This document shows, in pieces, positions 38,069 to 41,652 of a stretch of 41,652 nt of DNA. The stretch lies in the NCBI GenBank assembly GCA_016748015.1, contig JAAOMT010000093.1, positions 1 to 41,652 of the forward strand, read 5' to 3'. The notes under the pieces were generated by a model. The model was not told where the DNA came from, did no database searches, and worked only from the letters and a program-made list of their open reading frames with translations. The DNA is from Geosiphon pyriformis uo1 (lineage: Eukaryota; Fungi; Glomeromycota). The translations under genes and the position numbers were made by a program. How positions within the stretch are numbered: the first letter of the stretch is position 1; every line of letters begins with the position of its first letter.

Positions 38069-38215
38069 TTGAAATTTAATGAATTCTTGTTATTATTGAA
38101 TTTGATGGATTTTTGTTATTATTGAAATTTGATGGAATTTTTATTATTATAAAGATTTTTTGTTGTTATTTATAATTTTATGGATTTTGTTATTATTCAG
38201 ATTTGAAGAGTTTTT
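38069..38215. repeat. Degenerate ~25-27 bp minisatellite directly upstream of the Sel1 start codon
   Basis: About five units resembling ttgaaatttgatggatttttgttatta. Confidence 0.75.
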
Positions 38216-38610
38216 TAGTTTATTATTGATTTTCGATTGATTATGGTTTTTTGGTATTTTTTGAATCTAAAAAATTTACTATATTTATAGAAAATTTCTC
38301 ATTGATTCCTAAATAGGCGCAAAACAAAGAAAAGTGGTACATGATTCGAGTTGTGCCAATTTATTAGTATTACCCCGCATTTTGTGCTGAAATGACAGTG
38401 AGAAAAAGGTTTATTTTTGGTAAGAGTGAGACAAAGATATTGTACCTTGGTTTTTTGTAACGTTGTTGCGGCCAAATTGAGATAAAGCTTTTATTTTTTC
38501 AAACACAGTTTTACATGAGTAAAATGAGAATCATAATAACAAGTATGTTTCAAGATTTTATTATTATCATTATTCTTCTTCTTTAAAGTGAGAACTAAAT
38601 AAAAAATTAT

Positions 38611-38766
38611 TCAAAAAATGCCTCTAAAAATTGTCATTGCTGATCTTAGACTTTGTCGTCCTGCCAATTATTCAATAAATTACATCGTTGGTTATTCACT
38701 ACTTACAGCCCGAAATTAGGAAATCGTTGCGTCTTATCATATGCAGGGATATTTACAGTTTTGCCT
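38611..38766 (+). pseudogene. Remnant of a kinase paralogue (subdomains VII-IX)
   Basis: cctctaaaaattgtcattgctgatcttagactttgtcgtcctgccaatta..cagcccgaaatt..gatatttacagttttgcc aligns to about 28640-28796; reads PLKIVIADLRLCRPANY..PEI..DIYSFA with indels. Confidence 0.85.
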
Positions 38767-39938
38767 TTAAATTATTAGTTAAATATAGATAAATATTTAG
38801 TTATTTGCAATAATTTTTTATTTAACATTTAATAAATGACTACTTTGATTCCTCCAAGTTTGAAAGTTATTTAAATTGCAAAGAGTTTCCTTATTTTAAT
38901 GTTATTTTGGATGCTTTTTTTTTTTGACTTTCCCTTTCTCCAGAGAATCAATCTTTAATTTCTTTTATTTTAGGCTATAGTTGTAACTATTAGGATATAT
39001 ATTTTACCATTTAGATTTTTCAGCGCGTTAATATTAAATAAATCGTCATTATTGTCATTATTATATTATAAAAAACAAAGATTTTATATTTCAAATTATT
39101 TACAACCTGCTTTTTTCTTATATGTCTAATTTCCCAATGTTAGATCAAACTTAAAAAGAAAAACCCTTAAAAAAGCATGATTTTTTGTTTAACAAATAAA
39201 AAACACCTGGTAATACAATTCAAGTGATATTTAGACATTTGATGATGGTCTAGCACTGGTAATTAAAATTTTAATTAATTTGTCATCCACTGAAAATTTA
39301 CCTTTGTATCTTCAGATTATTAGGACATTACTCGATAGTTTAAAGGGTAAATTCTTTGCAACCGTTTTTGCGTCCACTACAATAGACATATTCTCCGTAG
39401 GGATCATCAATTAGGTCATCAGTTTGTTGAAAAAATAGTTGTTGCTGCTATAATTAGATTTCTAATTTAAATAGGAATTTTGCTATTACCTTAAATCATT
39501 TTTCATTAGACTAATTCTTTTTTTTAGTTAATTAATTTTAAAAAAATTAATTATTAACTTTAATAATTGAATTGATCAATAAAAATTGCAAACTTAATAT
39601 TCAATTATTATATAGGTTATAACTAAAAATAATAATATTTTAATAAGTTAAAACCAGTATGCTTAATTATTATATTATTACAACTTGGAATCATATAGCT
39701 AGTTGCCAATTAATGTAATGTTTATTTATTATTTTCAATTTATTATTCTAAATTATATAAATATAATTAATTATAGTTAATATAATGCTTATTTATCAAA
39801 TTTTCTAATTTAATTTTTATTATTATAATTTAAATTATAATAATTAATAAAAAAAGTTCAAAAATTATAAGATAACAAGATAACATTAATTTTTTTTAGT
39901 AATTTCAATATATATTTGTGAAAAATTTGTTTTATAAA

Positions 39939-39941
<3 letters not shown>

Positions 39942-39980
<39 letters not shown>
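39942..39980. repeat. (ATT)n microsatellite
   Basis: Direct reading. Confidence 0.9.
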
Positions 39981-40769
39981 CATTAATAATAAATATAATA
40001 TTGTTTTAATTAAACAAATATAGTATTAAAAAAACTAAATTAAAAAAATTTAAAATATAAAAAGCCAATTAAAAAATGGTTTATTGAAACCAAATTTTTT
40101 TTTGAATATTGTTCAGAATATTTTTTTCGTAATATAAATATGATCTTTTCAGATTAAAACTTTAGAACTTTTGTACAGCTTTATAAAACAAAGATTTTAA
40201 ATTGTTAAAATAAATAAATAATAATAAATTTAAAATTTCTAAATATCAAATAATAAGAGTGAAAGATTTGAAAATGTGAACATTGAAAGATGATTAATTC
40301 AACATTCATTGATTTAGCTAAGAATTAATTAAATTCTAATGCTTAAAAATCAGGCATTTAGAAATAAAATTTGCAATGATAATTTTGTTTTTAACATGCT
40401 AATATATTGTAATATTAAAGAACCAAAATTTACAGCCAACTTTTATAAGTTTTTGAGACCAAAAGTTTCATCTTAGCTAGTAATAAAAAATATGTTCATA
40501 TATAACTAAAATTTAGCTTTAATGTTATACCTGATCGAAAAAACGGAAAATTTTAATGCTTAAAAGTTTCATGCTTTTCAAATATAGGCCTTGATTTTCG
40601 AAGGCGAATTTAAAGACTCAGAATTAGTTAATAAATTAATAAAGTGCGGATTAAAAATGTTACTTCAGCTCCGGATAAATATCAGGTCACATGTCAATAA
40701 CATACTAATATGCGGGCAGTCATCTCACTCCCAAGATACAATAGATACCTTGAAACTTCTGTTTTACCG

Positions 40770-41652
40770 ATGTTACCCCAACAACACCTTCTCGCGTTAT
40801 CTAATGATTTTTGCGAATTTATTTAACACTCAGAAGTTCTCTGATGTTAAAATTATAGTTGGCGAAGCGCCCAATATCAGAACTTTTCAATCTCATTCCC
40901 AAATTTTAGCAGCAAGATCACCATATTTTGCTACAGCACTCTCTAGTAATTGGGTTAAAAGGGAAAATAATACTATTATCTTCAATAAACCTAATATTTC
41001 ACCTAATATTTTTGAAATAATTCTCAGGTAAGAGTTTCATTTGCTTTAAAGAATTTTAGCTAACATTAAATCATATGTTTCATTTTCCTGTACAGATATA
41101 TTTATAATGGCGAGATTTCTCTTGATAAGCATGGAATACCTACCATCTTAGAATTGCTTGTTACCGCAGACGAGCTTATTTTAGAGAATCTTATTGATCT
41201 CCTTGAAGACTATTTGATTGAACACCGTGCAGAAGAGCTAGAGAAAAGTTTCGTTACTTTGCATAAAACTTCATTTATGCATGATTCTTTCAAAAAGTTA
41301 CAAAATTTCTGCACAGAAATAATTGTTAATAATTCAGCTATAGTCTTCAACTCCCAAGATTTCACCTCCCTTAGTGAAAATTCTCTTTCCTCAATTTTAA
41401 CCCGGAATGACCTAAATATAGAAGAATCAAAGATATGGGAAAAGATTGTGGAATGGGGGGTTGATAAATTGGATAAAAATATTCAGATGAAGAAAGTTCG
41501 TTGCTGGACAGATGAAAACTTTAACGCCTTTAAGGAATCTATTGAAAGGCTTCTATCTTTAATCCGCTTCTTTAACATATCTTCAGTTGACTTCTATCAC
41601 AAAGTAAAACCATTTGCGAGAATCTTACCTGGAACTTTATATGAAGATCTTT
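40770..41652 (+). CDS. BTB/POZ-BACK(-TLDc) copy 3, partial, with a +1 frameshift near codon 14
   Basis: ATG 40770 gives MLPQQHLLALSNDF (cf. MAPQQFFHALSNDF); an extra T at 40808-40812 leads to a stop at 40824-40826. ATG 40804 is in frame with the rest. Intron 41028-41095; exon 2 is open to the window end. Confidence 0.82.

Noticed and set aside
39200-39450. Minus-strand exon-like fragment with a GT-AG gap
   Set aside because: Contains stops and has no identifiable homology.
40591-40769. N-terminal extension of the 146-aa ORF
   Set aside because: TTG start; the sequence corresponds to the paralogous promoter, and the homologous start is ATG 40770.
1-41652. CRISPR arrays, rRNA/tRNA genes, prokaryotic operons
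   Set aside because: None seen; the sequence is spliceosomal-intron eukaryotic DNA.

Overview
Very AT-rich, intron-containing eukaryotic DNA with short GT-AG introns and two N gaps. The gene families present (BTB-BACK-TLDc, Sel1 repeats, a Cys-rich TKL-type kinase, many lipase class 3 paralogues) point to a Glomeromycotina fungus; Geosiphon-like is my best guess, not proven. The window is a birth-and-death cluster with: four spliced, open lipase class 3-like genes (one runs off the window) plus one lipase pseudogene; three BTB-BACK(-TLDc) copies (two form a near-identical tail-to-tail inverted duplication) plus a 3' remnant; one Sel1-zinc ribbon-kinase gene plus a kinase remnant; one Sel1-only gene; and a cytochrome P450 pseudogene. 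Main observations: (1) all four open lipase-like genes have lost the nucleophilic Ser (Gly, Asp, Gly, Gly), whereas the decayed copy keeps it; (2) the kinase is a pseudokinase (HRD to HGN, DFG to SLG), whereas its decayed remnant keeps the DFG-position Asp; (3) the two near-identical BTB-TLDc copies differ in a 60-bp patch with 7 amino-acid changes versus 1 silent change, mostly at alternating residues, suggesting a diversifying binding face. Together these may represent a non-catalytic recognition/signalling repertoire (inference). A (TTAGGG)/(ATAGGG) array lies just upstream of the pseudokinase.
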